Assembly: GCA_030141605.1 (NCBI GenBank)
Contig: JAQGDQ010000232.1
Location: 248,001 to 312,000 of the forward strand
Source: Tubiluchus corallicola
Taxonomy: Eukaryota > Animalia > Priapulida
Length of the DNA stretch: 64,000 bases
Reading direction: 5' to 3'
The position numbers and the translations under genes were made by a program. Below are positions 1 to 14,319 of this stretch, piece after piece; the first letter of the stretch is position 1; every line of letters begins with the position of its first letter. The notes under the pieces are model-generated. The model saw only the letters and a list, made by a program, of their open reading frames with translations. It did no database searches and was not told the origin of the DNA.

Positions 1-836
1 GAGAAAATAATAAGGCTATTGATTTGATAATAATAATGAAAAGATTTGTTTGTGAAAATGTAATTTTTCCCTGCATGTTTCAAAAGCTGCGATGGGCCTA
101 CTCAGAAGCTTCGCCAAATGTTAGCATAGGAAATGACATGATTATAAATGTACTTCACAGTAAATTAAAGACATACATTGTGCAGAAATCTTAAAAACAA
201 AGAAACGAAAAAATCTGTGAAATATTGCAAAGATATTAAATCATTAACTATCATCTAATTCATCTTCCTTTTTAGCTTTCTTTTAAGAGTAATGGACTAT
301 AAGCAGTGTTTTAAAGGAAAATTAAATGGTATCACGCATTTTGCTTTTTGTTAGGAAAATTCACAAACACGTTGAACAACATTTAAATGTTTGACAAATT
401 AATGTGAGGAAAGTCACAAGCCAGCATCAAACAGCTGATTAGCAATCCCGAAATGTTTCTAAACACATAACACATACAACAAGAGACACACAAATTATAA
501 CAAAGAAATTATAGGTCATGACGCCTGCAACAGTAAATGACAGGATAAATTAGACAATGATATTTTGCCTACTGTGCACAGGCTGTATAAGTTTTGTAAC
601 ACATTTCTACTGTTCTGAGAGAATCAACCTTTATAATGTACTGATCAAAGTGCTGCCCGGAGCAGACCACTCTTTTGCTCACCTAGCTATGCCACTGAGG
701 TATTAGAACAACAGTACCTGCTCATTAACTACATTCACTAACAAGTTATAGATGCATAATAAACCAAGCAAATTTTGCAAAAAAGCTATAAATAACGTTG
801 AGTTTTCTCTACAGACAAGTTAAGACACATATTTAC

Positions 837-3412
837 CTGACTCCATCTTTTCTTGTTTCGTATTTTAGCGTTATCTTTCAAATGCAACATAAGGGTCATT
901 CCGCTAAGTAGCGTGAATGTGCACTGATTTCCATAAGGTGTATCAAGAAACTTGAAATTGTTACTGTCAGATCTGCATAGAAAATAGATTAACACCTATT
1001 AGGTAACTAACTCACAGATGTTTGAACATGAATAAACAATAAACAAATAAACGTTCTCAAGTGAATTTGCATGACTATATGTACAAAATGTCAACTAAAC
1101 ACAAGATGTTGCACTTACTTAAGCAGGCTGCAGAGAACTTGCAAAAAGTTCTTCACATATTCATTATATGTCTTTCGTCCATGTTTACAATGCACATCTT
1201 TGCTCAATGCATCGTCAAAAAATATGTGAACTGAAATACCAACACCAATAAATATGTAACAATGTATATATAAGGAGTTAAGAGTGTCAACACACAAAAA
1301 TTTTCTAACTTAGTCAAGCTAGCAAACACTGAATCAAATGAAAATTCATTCATTAATTAAGTTATGACTCGCACTTCAGCCATGATTAATTGATAGACAA
1401 ATTACAGGCCACAATCTTGATTAGAATGATCTGAAACTAGCAAAAAACTCCCATGTTTAAGCATTCATAGCAAGGTTTGTTTTATGTGAAGCATCAACTA
1501 AGCAGCACATTAATTAATTCAGCAAATGCTTACAAAAGGTCAGTTTCAACTGCAAAATGTTTTAACAGTCTGCACACATTGTGGAATCTCTCTAACAGAA
1601 CGACGTTTACTGTCTTATATGGGCTACAGTTGGGCTTTGAAGAAAGAATTATTTACTACCAATACTCTAAACAACAAGAAAACATAATGTCCTGTTGCTC
1701 AGATTATAGGAATTATGAGTAAAAAATTAAGAAATGGTGCAGAACCCTGTTCTATGGTTGACCATAGACTTCAGATACGACAACCTGTAAGAAGGCAACT
1801 TTATATCTATAGACCTATAAGCCACACGAGTTTTAGATTTCTTTTTCTGAACACTAACATTTCCCCATGGGTTGTAATTGCAATGACCTTATTCTTTTTG
1901 CATTGTCTAATAGAGTCCATGAATAAACAAAAATGAGGACCTAATTTGTTTGGGTTCTCTAAATTATTCCAAAGTAAGTTATCTAGAAACTTAGAAATTT
2001 GATAAAAAGATAAAGTAAAGAACTGTACAAACAATGTCAAACTGTAACTACGTTACCTTCGGATTCATAATAGATAGTATCTTGTTTGTGTGGTCCTCTT
2101 AGTACTTTTTCTGTTCTTCTAATAAATTGATCCTCATCACACCTGTAAAACACATGGTAAACCTATTCAAGTTTTGCAACCTATAAAAATATTATTTTTA
2201 ACTGTATGCCATGGTACAGAAGTGTGTGAAGAAATTTGTCACAAACAAGTACAGAAACAACGAATTCGTGGAAAATACATGGTGTTCATAAGACATTTAC
2301 TCTCACATTCTAAGATAACGGCACTAATACGTAAGCAAAAATATAGTAAACAGAGATATCATACCAATTCACCTGAAAAACGTGGATTCAGTCTGTAAGC
2401 CATAATTATTAAATTACAATGTATGCTAAAAAACCTAAATGCAAGGAAAGCTCATTCTCAGGGTTTATTACAACAAACTACAAGATCAACACATCTCTCA
2501 CTCTAGTGACTGGCTTGCAAAGGTTCTTCACGTCAGTCATGATTCTTCAAGGTAAAATGCAAAGTGCTTGGGCAGAGGAATGAGCAATAATTGTCATTCG
2601 TAGACTTCCCTTCGAGAGACATTTATTTCTGTAGAATATGGGGCAAATTGCCAACCAAATTAAAAAATTAAAATTGTGCTACAACTTCTATAATAGACTA
2701 ACCTAGTCTAGATAAGCTCCATGAATGTCAGTCAAATTGATATTTTTGTCAGTATACTGCAGTGGGACAACTCAAATGGTCAAGACTATCTGGGCTAGTG
2801 CACTCAGTAGAATTTCACACGGCAACTGTTTTTCGAGTATTGTACATTAGTGTACTAGTTGGTAAGCCCACCTATCACCATTTTTCTTTATTTCCCAGCA
2901 AAACATCTGTCTTTTTTGGCATCCAAACACATATCAAAAAATATACATTTAAAACAATCAGGTAGTAAAAAGTTTAAACCAAAACACTCACACACAACTG
3001 CATGCTTTATGGTCATCTTTGAAAATCAAAACCTGGTGCATAAAGAACACGTAATTCGAAAGCTTAATAAGGCCTACTTAGAACTGCTAACATGTAAGTC
3101 TCAAAAAACAATAAATGAGGAACAAATAAATGGCCACAAACAATATTGCAATGCATGTAATACACAGTCTTTTATTGCAAGCTAAAGGTGTAAGTTGTCC
3201 ATAATTATAATTAAAAATAGCCAACTGTCACATAAAAAATAATGTTCTTACCTCAAGATAGATTTCAACAAGGTTTCCATCTCTTCTATTGTCTCATGCC
3301 ACATGGTTGCACAAATGTAAACTTTCACTGGTATTTGGTGCAAAAACTTAAACTCAGGAAGTCCACAGAGCAGATCAGGGACCATTTGTATAGTAACATC
3401 CTGTTTTGCCAT
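837..3412 (-). CDS. CHS: Chitin synthase (GT2, metazoan type), 5' part; continues beyond the left edge of the window
   Basis: Phase-compatible GT-AG exons 3412-3252, 2142-2057, 1230-1119, 972-837 splice to MAKQ...KVYICATMWHETIEEMETLLKSILR|CDEDQFIRR...YYESE|VHIFFDDA...|...TPYG...LHLKDNAKIRNKKRWSQ. These are the CATMWHET, HIFFDDA, TPYG and K..IR.KKRWSQ motifs of animal chitin synthases. Confidence 0.93.
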
Positions 3413-5990
3413 AGTTTTAGTAAAACTATCCTTATGCGCTTTTTAATGCGAAATTATCTTTATTATATGTAGCTGTTATGGCGTTGCGTTTGAGTTACAG
3501 GAGTTGTATTATTCAATTGCTGTGCACACATATGACGTTGAACATAATCAGATGTTATATATATAATAACAAGCGAGTACATAGATTTCGTCATAGCGAG
3601 TATACATTTCTTAGATTTCATTCTGAACAAATAAGTGATCAAGGACATAGAAGCCTATATAGTACATTGATATCACTGGGCCCTATGTGGCCTTACTATC
3701 ATGGTAATACTATATGATAAACTGTTCAAACATGAACTGATGACCAGACAAGACAGTGGCGTTAACAGTGTAAGTTACACACTTGTTTAAACATTAATCC
3801 CAGAAGTTGCCAAACCTTCCCAAAGAAAGAAATTACTAAGACATTGAAAAATGTAACAGTACTGTTGGTGACTGCAAAGACTTGGTAGAATGGAAAGATC
3901 CACAAAGTATTAAGCTATCATGAAATCAACTGAGATTCATACAATAACAGTACTGTACAGACCTTTAATCAAATAGACACTCAGAATTAATTACTCTTTT
4001 AGCATTGCCCACTGCAAATAATAAGGCAGTTTCATTGGTCCGTGCTATACACCTTATACACTATATAAAACAGTGAACATGAACAGATTATATGACTATA
4101 TATATGCATATTAGCTATTATTGGTCTCACATCTTTGCAACTATATATGTGCATACTTAAGATGTGAAAAATATGGAACTCATATTATTACAGTGATAAT
4201 TATATTTGGCTTTTGTGCTTCAAATTCAGTTTTCTAATTTTGCTCTCAAACAGAACAAACTGCTCTGAATAATGTTTGTGTAATATTTATTGTAAAAATT
4301 ATTGAAAAAAAAGCTTAATGAGTTACTCTTTCATTGGCATTATTATACACATGGTTTTACATAAATAACATTGTGAATTATCCAATTACATACTGAAAGA
4401 TTCAGATCATTTACAAGGCAAAGGCACATTGATAAAACTAATAAATGAATCTGCTAAACAAATTTTCTGCTTACAAAGTTTCCAACAGTTGTTATGTTTA
4501 TCTGGATAATATTAAGTTTATTAAAGAAGAGGTGAGTTCATAAACTTTTTATTTTATTGACAAATATGTATTGGTGATTAGGCTCTTCTGGTCATAAAGT
4601 AAACCAATGAGCAATTTATAATGCAAACATGCAAGCAATACAGGGTGAACTAGCAGTCACAACGTCATGCTTTTAACATTTTGCTTGCGATTAAAGTTTA
4701 AAGTACATTACTAGAATGTATAATACTTATTTTTAGTGTTACACATGTATGTAAAAATGCAAGACTAATGTCTATGACTGAAGTCAGAAACATGAGAATT
4801 ACAAGATTCGAAGGAGTAGGCCTAACGTTTTTACTCACGCTCAAAAAAAAACAAAACAAGAAATTTTTCAGGTAACACTAGAGACATTTTATGACCAGAC
4901 TTAGAGTTCAATGAAAATGACAAGTCTTCACTTAATATATCTGAAATGAATTGAAAAATATATTATTCATTATTAGTTCAGTAACGAAAGAAAAAAAATG
5001 AAAAAGTTTAAAATAAATGTTTAATTTAATATCTACTAATTTGTCATTAAACTCAAATGCAAGCACAATGTTTAAGTTTAGTTTGTCTCCAAGTTACTGT
5101 AAAATTATAATATCATACGAGTATTTAACAGTTCAAACATCTAAATCCTGAAGTTACGCCATAAGATGGTACAGGAAACTTAAATGTAAGCAACAATTAT
5201 TATTAGCTATTTAAATGCTACTAAAGAACTACCAATGCACTAATAAAACTGGCTACTAATTTATTTACCTAAGTATAACAAGCCGTGTCACAGCACTTTT
5301 TAATATTACATTTAATTACATTAAAGTTGAGGTCCAAAATACTTGAAAGCAGCATTCTTTCAACCATGAAAGTTCAATTCTTTGCATGTCTTTCTCTTAC
5401 TAAACCCACACTTTAATGAATGCAGCACTAAATGAAAGTGAGCTACCTTTTGTATTTAGTGAATAGGTCTACATTTAAAATATATATTGCAAAGCTAGGG
5501 CTATCTAGGCTAGGTAAGGGGACAATGATAAACGAGGGCTATCAGAGGATTCATAGGAGAGCTATGAGCAGCAAGATAGGTAAGAGTGTGGAAAGTTTAA
5601 TGGCCAAATTGTAAAATAAATTGTGTTAATCCAAGCCAGGTTCACGTTTGACTCCCTTCAATTTTGAGTGGGTACATATGGTATTTTTTGATTTCAAATA
5701 GGTTTTATCAAATAAAACAATCTCACATCTAAAGATGAACGAAAGAAGAAGAAAAATGAGAAACACAACAACAATGAGAAAATCATTGCTAGAATTACCT
5801 TTCCAAATAAATCACAAAAAAAAGACAAGAAAGTCATTGCTTACAGTAATTGCTTGTTTTTTCTGCTTCACAATTAAGATTTATAGCATTATTTCAATGA
5901 AGTCTTTTGAAAACAACTTCAAATTCTTAAGCAGGATGTCTATGTCTAAATTATTTCATCATTATAAGACAAGAGAGGCATGATGGTGGC

Positions 5991-8943
5991 TTAGTGAGAA
6001 GAGAAAAATGGTCTTTTCTTATGGGATGGAAATTTTGCTGTTGGAACATCGAGCTCTATTTTGTATGAGAAAAACGCGCCGAATCTACCACTGCCATCAG
6101 CCATGGTACCGACCGAAAAACCATTCCACAGGTTACCAACATCTTCTACTCGATCACCCACAGAAAGCCCAAGATCACCATTAAATTTTGCTTCATTGGA
6201 ATAGATAGCTATCCCTCGTGGATGAATGCCAAGTCCAAAGTAATAAGAATTGTCTGGTGAACGGATAAGTTGTGATGCATCTACGTGGCGGGTATTCATA
6301 AGCTCATAAGAAAGCCGACACACCTAAACGATGTAATAGCTAGATTGCACTAAAGCTACTCCATGTCATGAGGGGTTCCATACCTGAGTTAAATTAACAA
6401 ACTACGAAAGCATACAATAAAAATTGATCATCACTAAAAACAGAATTGCATAATATAAAAACATTCTAATTTAATTAACCAGAGCAGGCTGGTAGTACAA
6501 GTCGGTATAGGATTCCTCAATCTGCATTCAAATACAACTGCAAGGAAACTGGTACACAAAATGTAGGTAATTGCACTATCATTATTTAGAAACATATGTC
6601 CGACTGTGATATTCTTGTTACATTTGTGGACTTCCAAATCAATTTTTATTTCGAAAAGATATTTTTCCGTTAAATTACTGTTATTGTAAAAGTAAACTGT
6701 TGCGCTTATTGCACCAATGATATAGTCAGCAGAAATCCACAGTAGTGGTCGTTGGCTAGTTTGCAAGCAGAAAAGCTGTTCAGCTGGTGAAACTAAAACA
6801 AGCTAGTATAGTACATAGTTTACAGTTCACTGTCTGAAATTTGGAAAGTTGCAATAATGATGAAATGAACAAATTCAAAATTTTGTGGTAGGTAGAGAGC
6901 AAAACAGGTGATAGAAAGAGAGATAGTGTAAAAGCTTCAAAAAGAACACATCGGTGCAGTTTTTAATGCTATCAGACTGCATCCTACATTTGCTTAAAAA
7001 CACCCTGCAAGTATTCTCCTAAAAGAAAAATACATGGATATAAATTCACACGAAGTTGAATTTTTGTTAAAAAGGAAAATTTAGCTAAAAACAAACTGCC
7101 ACAATACAACTGTTTTTACTTTAATAAAAACTACAAGGTACTCACGTGCGATGACAACGTACAAATGAGGAAGTCAGTTTTAGAAAGAAAGTAAATATCA
7201 CGTATAACTCCCTCTAGTGAGTTTTTCGTATAACGGTTTTCAACAGAAGCTGAATATGCTACTTCTTCACTGCCGAGAATGGTGTACTGTGGGTATCTGC
7301 GAAAATAACTAAGACGTGTTTTCGAATTGAATCGTTCACACAAAATCATGTTAAAATTTGTTGACAAAAGTCAAAAAAGTATTCACTAACTACACAAAAT
7401 ATCAAAAACAATACAGAAAGAAGATAATGAATGAAGTAACCACATGAATTAAAAAAAGTTACTACTTGCAAAAACGTGTAGTCAAACACGCCTAACAATG
7501 TAACCAAAATGCAATTTTCATTAATTTTTTAAAAGCAAGTCACACTGGAGTGAAGTTAAGTGACTTTTCTTATCTATTAAACCAATATAGCAAATTTAAA
7601 CAAATTAAATATGCTACACAAGATAACAATGATATTAGCTTACTTGCTTCTTGCCTCTTCTAAGACAGAGGGATCATCAGTTGCTAGATAAATCCGTTTT
7701 ATTAATACAGGAGCTTTTATTTCTAACTGTGAATAATAATGATCTGCATGCTGCATGTATTCATCAAGTTTATGTAGTCCAGCTTCAGATAGAAGCTTGT
7801 CTGTCCTTCGTACATGTACACTGAAATTTTTAAGATACTCCTTAATTTTAAAATTTATTTTTTCTGGTTTTATAATATAATTAGATGGTCCTAAAGAATC
7901 TATTAAGATCTAAAGATAATGAACAGATATGGTTCATAACACTAAAACCAATATCATTCTAGTAATGTAGTATAAAAACCAATTTAACAAAATTAGTTTA
8001 GTTTTTACAAGTTTTTTCACCTGGAATTACTTATTTTTTTGTTTTCAGTATTTACGGGTTAATAAAAATCATGGATAAGATGGGGCGTAGAAAATATTCA
8101 GAAAAAAGGCAAATCATTGCCACATCATGAGATCGCAACAAATTAGAATATGATTAGACCAACTCTGCACATTGGAAAAAAAACCATTGTTAGTATTAAA
8201 ATCTCTAACATTACCCAACGATTGGAGATGTGAAGTTCGTTTGTCGCTTAATCATTGCTAATGTTCCAGCCAGATAATGCCTGGGATGAAACAAGTATTT
8301 AGCAAACTGCCCTACCCACCACAACCCTGGGTAGGCATGGAAGCACTGTAAGTGATCAGCCAAGTCTTCTGGAACAGCAAGAGGAATGTAGTCCATTTTG
8401 TTTTTCAGAAAATCCAGATAAGGAAGGTCAACTGTGTCTGCATTACCAGCAGCATCTGCTTCTGAAATGGCAATATTTCTATAAAATGTTACAAAAAGCA
8501 AAAATACACCTAAACAGATGTAAAGACAGATGTCTTTTAAGTCTTTTAAGATTAATTCAGATGTTAAAAAATTAAGGCAAGCGCAGAAAGTTTAAGAAGT
8601 GGAACATAAAAAAATATTTCAGCTATTCATGAGTTTTGTTCCAAGAACCCATTTCCTTACATTTGCTTCACTTTCTGCGGTCGGTATAGCTTTGTTAAAA
8701 TGCATTAGCATCGTTAAGTGAGGACCTATTGTATTTGCGGAATCCCGAATTGGCAACCTGTTAAGCTCCATCATGCCATATATATAAAATATTCTGGCTC
8801 TATTTTGAAAGTTCTGTAAGCTGAACAGAAGAAAGGATTGTTTGATATTCAACATAGAAAATCATAAAAAATCACTAGGCAACATCTCAACACCATTCTC
8901 CAATGAAAGAGTGTATATGAACCAAGTTTAGTTTACATGAGAT

Positions 8944-9030
<87 letters not shown>

Positions 9031-11935
9031 GCGTGCGTGTCTTCGGAGTAACAATGTACCAAGTTTGGACAAACTAAAAGTTGTTGTGTGCTCCTCAATT
9101 CCAGACCATTGTCTGGATGCGATAGCAGTAAAACAAATTGGTAAAAAAAATACACTAAAAAATTACAAACCGTTCCATGGGACAACATTTTTAATGTGTG
9201 AAATATTGCAATATATGCTTGGAGGCACTAGGGTTTTCTCCCAACCAACACTGCTGTATTGTATTCCAGTAGAGTTTAGAACTAATGTACGATCAGTGGC
9301 ATAGGCAACAACTAAGCAATATAACACATGATGGAACTGACAACCAAATCCACAACGTTTATGAATGTCACATCGAAGTTTCCTTGCGGCGAAACAATCA
9401 TGTGGATTCTGCAAGTACCAATTAGTTTAGGTTTAGCAAAAAAAAACAATATGCAAATTTCCATCCTTATATCATGCTTAACTGTTATAGAAATGGAAGC
9501 TAACACTATATACATAAATATACAGTACAAAGCTCTGAAGTACAAACAATTGTAATGTTTATTTATGTCCAAAAACATTCACAATACAAATACCAATTTC
9601 TTATATTAGGCCTACATTACACCATCTGAGTAGTGATGATTATAACTAATTTTTGTAGCCAAATCCCAATCAAGTATGGACTCAGATCTTTTATGTTCAA
9701 ACTAAAATGAGGGTACAAAATAACACAGTTTGAACAGTGATCCAAATTTCTTAGAATTGAAATGCCATATAGTAAAGTCAGGTATGTGATTATCACTTTA
9801 ATAGAAAAAGAAATCAACAAAAGTAACAATTAGATCGTGAAAGTAAAACAGTGTTACTAACTTGTAAAGCTTTTAAACGTTTCTGTAGTATGCCACTAAC
9901 ATATTCTGACTCAAAAGACATCCATGGCTGTGTGTCAACTGCTGCATTCAGACTTTGTAAATATTTCAATGCTATCCTAAGTTCATAAATATTTTTTAAT
10001 ATAAATCACCTCATACAAAGCCAACGGCCACTCAAGTTATGGGGCTACAGTAGATAGATGAAAATATGAATACAATACGACATCAAAAAAAAACAAACAA
10101 ACAGAATTTATATAATTAATTTGCTAATATTTTACAATGCGTATCTGCAGACATTCTGCTTGATTTAGACAAAATTGTAGTTTTTAGATAAACAATGTCC
10201 TGGCAGAGAATTTCACAGATAAGAAGCAGTTTTACGTCTGAGAATGCTTTAAGAAAGACTATGAGAAATAGTGAAAAAACAAACACTGTAAATGAACTAT
10301 TAGCATCTTCCACAAAAGTAACAATAAAAGAGCTAAAAATTGCAAGTGATTTCCAAAGAGCAAGGGAATGCAGATTGATCCAAATCAGAGCTAAATAAAT
10401 GGATAATACAATTTTGCAACTCATCAAGTAGATTAAAGCAAGACAAAAGTTAGAACAGATGTGCGGGCTGGTTCTATTTTAATGAAATAGTAACAATTCA
10501 CTCATAGCAAAGGAATTAACTCAACTTAGTGTTTCATGACTGAAAATAAGGAAGGCAAGGCTGGATTAATATGGGTAACTAGTGGAAGTTTCAAATGCCC
10601 AATAACTATTGACAACTTTTATTATAAGCCCAAGAATGTAGCATTAATGATATCACATTGTGAAGAAAAGCTTTTAGCTGCTGCGGTTTGACCCATAAGT
10701 TCATCAAATCTGATAGCCCCAGAACACATTCTGTATTTGATGACTAAATCAAATGAGGATTTTCAATAGAATGTCACAGTTCTGTTCATATGACTGTGGT
10801 GTTCTTAGGTCACTGCAACTTAGGGAGCAACAATACTGATTTGTTTAACTGCTGACAAGTTGCTTACTGTGATTGCTTTAATAAAATAATGCAATTAACC
10901 ATAAGCTAAGGCATCAAGTTTGATAAACAGAACAATTTCTCCTAAAGTGACCAGATCTGCATTCAATTTTCAAGAGCACTGACCCCTTTTCTTCCCGAAA
11001 TACATCTAATATATAGCCTGCTTCCCACATGATTTGATCCAGAGATGAGTAGGTTTTCAGCAGATTCAGACGATGACTCACAAAATAGTCCATCTCTATT
11101 AACTGATTTTGTAATCGTCTGTACATTTGCTGATAAGCAACTGTAGGCTTTCTGACTAGAAATAAAAATGAAAAACTTTCAGCAGATATGAAAGCAACTT
11201 GATTGAAAAATAATAAATGCACATCAAGCAAATTCATTGAACGAGAAATATGCAAGCATTAAAATCATTTAATAATGATAATTATTAGTTTTTCATTGGT
11301 AGGCATCAAAACACACATATTTCATGCTTATGACTCATCCAGTCAAAGCTATTGTTTAAGTTTTTGTAAGTTAAGTTGAGGGGTTCTGTGTTAGCAATGT
11401 TGACCTGCTAATAACTAATTAAAAGAAATTAGCAGGAAGTGTCTAGCAATTTGCATTAAAGTGGATCATTTTTCCATTACAAGCACCGTGATAGTATTTT
11501 GCAATGATATTACATACATAATCATGTTTATTGCAATATTTTTACGTTATTGTTTCCTACAATTACAAATATGAGTTAGTAAATTTACCTTCATCACACT
11601 TTGATGCTGCATCTTTTTCCCTGCAAAACAATTTACTAAATAAATGCAGAAATTCAAATACTTTTTAAACTGAATTGTAAAAATCATTATTTCAAGGCAA
11701 TAATGTCTATAACTACATACCTGTTGTTGACCTGAGATTCAAGTTCAAGTATTTTTGTTTGCAAATAGCTAATTTTCGTTTGCAAACGTTGAATTTCTGG
11801 TGCAGATTCATAAATTGGTTGTGAGTAATGACTATCATCATCCATACTCGAATAAAACCAACACAAAATTAAATAGCAAAGAACTAGAGCAAACATTACA
11901 AAAAGACATTTTGGCCAACTTGTTCGTGTCTTCAT
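5991..11935 (-). CDS. FUT8: Alpha-(1,6)-fucosyltransferase-like protein (GT23), 9 coding exons, 559 aa
   Basis: Exons 11935-11721, 11620-11589, 11155-10984, 9976-9862, 9408-9171, 8461-8215, 7820-7644, 7296-7146, 6323-5991 sum to 1680 nt in frame. Features: N-terminal type II TM helix, coiled coil, LQNPHDC, CGFGCQFHH, WWVGQF, GVHVRRTDK..EA, IYLATDDP, DFLICTLSSHVCR and a C-terminal SH3-like domain. Confidence 0.93.
8946..9028. repeat. (GT)n microsatellite, ~41 units, in a FUT8-like intron
   Basis: Uninterrupted GT run seen directly. Confidence 0.98.
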
Positions 11936-14319
11936 AATCACTCAGCAATATTGCTTTTCAACTTGCCAGCTACATCTAGCCTGAAACTACAAAAAAATCT
12001 TTACTATATAATAAAATACAAAAAAATGAGAAATGCTATTCTGACAGAATCTCACCACTATAGAGACAACTGGTGAAAAAATTTAATATTGACGAATACA
12101 ATTGCTGTAAAAAAGTGGTACACAAATTCATAATATAGTAAGTTCGGTAAAGTATTTAACCATTTCACATTTAAACATATTTTAAAGTCACTGTATTGCA
12201 TTAAAGTCCTTTTTGTGATACATAAAGAAAATACGGCACTGATGTATACACACAGTTCAACATTAATAATGAACTTTGACCTGTGTTGTTTACCTTGAAA
12301 TCAGAGTCCTGTGCAATTCTCCAATGTTGTGCTTGTATTGCTCACTCGCACGTTATTCTCACTCTCAGACAGAGACATTGCATTGACTCAATGAATTTTA
12401 ATCAACTCACTTTAAAAAAATTGTATTATTAAAATATTTCTATCAAACATTAAAAAATCTATATGTACAATATACCCATTTTACTTGTAGTAAATATACC
12501 TTGTCAATAATTTTGTTAACAACATATATTATTATGGAGCCATTATTATAGTAGGCTTACCGTAGTTCTTTTTTTAGCAAAATTTTAATACATTTTAACA
12601 GTAAACTAGTGCAGTTCTTTGGCTTTCGAAAAAGCACGATTTCCCTTAAATAGTAGCATTTTTGGTAACATCGAAACCAATTACGTTAGTGCACAATAAA
12701 GAAAATATACTGTTTTGAGCTTTTTCTTTGCTTAAATATTTTTCAGTGTTTAAATCCTAATATATTCTATTATTTTATAGTTGAAAATTATAGTTAAATT
12801 CTGAAAATCAAAATGCATCTTCTGCCTGTATATACTCATCCACGAAGAATCACAGACCATTGCAAAATAAAATCACGTTCCTTTTTTGTATTTTACTGGT
12901 TTTGTAATTTTTGCCTATTGTTGTAAACAAACAAAAACAAAAACAAATGCAGTCTTGTAAATCTATAAGTTTTACTTATTTGGAATTTCCACCATACACA
13001 ATATGCAATACAAATATGTTAAATTAAAGACTAGAAACCAGGTTTTCTTTATTACAACAGGTAAAGCTATATTCATCTTATTCTACCTTTATTTATCTTA
13101 TCTAGCTTTATGGGAGCCTAGGTTTGGGAGGTTTGGTTTGGGAAGCCTTTAAAGGTTTTATATAACTTTTGTACTGAAATAAGATGGTAATTTAGTCTAA
13201 TCACAAATGTTAAACTAATTAAATCAAAGACATAATACATAATGCAGCTATTTTTTTAAAGTAGAAATTTTCACAATTATTAATTATTTGAAATATCAAA
13301 ATTAAGTGTCTTTATATAAACCAAATAATATTTTTAGAAAAGTTCCAAAAATACTTTTATAAATAAAATTATGATAAAAATAGTTGAAACATTTTTTGTG
13401 TATTTATGTCAGCCGGCTCCAAAGCTTTTATAACTATGAATTCCATGAGGCCCTTATACCTGGATATCTATTGCTGATATCTACAAATTATCTTAAGGGA
13501 AAACTAGACCCAATCCTAAACTGTAGGTTAAAACAATCTACTCTTTAAAATATTAAAACGGAACATCTATTTTTTAAAGAATGACTTGTACGAAAGAATT
13601 ATTACCATACAAGAGTAATTTCATGTTTCCGCAGCTAGTTCTTCTCTGTTACATGCATTTCTCCATCCGTTAGTTAGATGGGCACTAGCACATGGAGGCG
13701 CGATACACAAAAAACGGGTGCTGTACCTCTCAGTTCAAAGCTGTTCGTTTGGGGTGTAATATGCACTTTCGAGAGCTCATGCGTGAGCACAGCGGTAAAT
13801 TTAAAATTTGCCGAGTTTTTGAATATAACACTGAATGTTGTACAGTAACGCCGCACTTCAATTTTCGCTTTTGCAAACACGTGTAACAAATTCATGGAAT
13901 GTTTGTGCTGTTGAAAATTGTGTTAGTTTGTGTCGTCATCACTAGCTGGGCTCGAGCGCCATCAATTAAATTTTTAACCTATTATTTAATTAACAGAAAT
14001 GCTTTGGCATTAATATATGTGTTAAAATGTATATATTTTACAGCACTTCGAAATGGGGTAGACTGTGAAAAATGGTACTGTTTTTCTTTAAAGAAATTAA
14101 AGTACATCCACAACAACTAGAAAACTGAATTTAGTTACTACTTCAGTATGCTACGCCAGTCAAAGGTTACATCATATATGCATGCAAAATATTTAAAAGT
14201 ATTAACTGGTTCATTTGATACCAATAAATTTGCCTGGCATCATAAGATTATAAAGCTAGGTCCTTGATACCTTTCCATCTAATGTGTGATAGTACCAGTT
14301 AAAGTCCATACCATCATGT

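Noticed and set aside
8887-9304. HT/CV dipeptide-repeat ORFs
   Set aside because: Translations of the (GT)n microsatellite.
10116-10427. Hydrophobic 103-aa ORF in a FUT8-like intron as a possible missing CHS TM exon
   Set aside because: No CHS-like motif and no convincing splice sites. T-rich DNA gives hydrophobic ORFs by chance.
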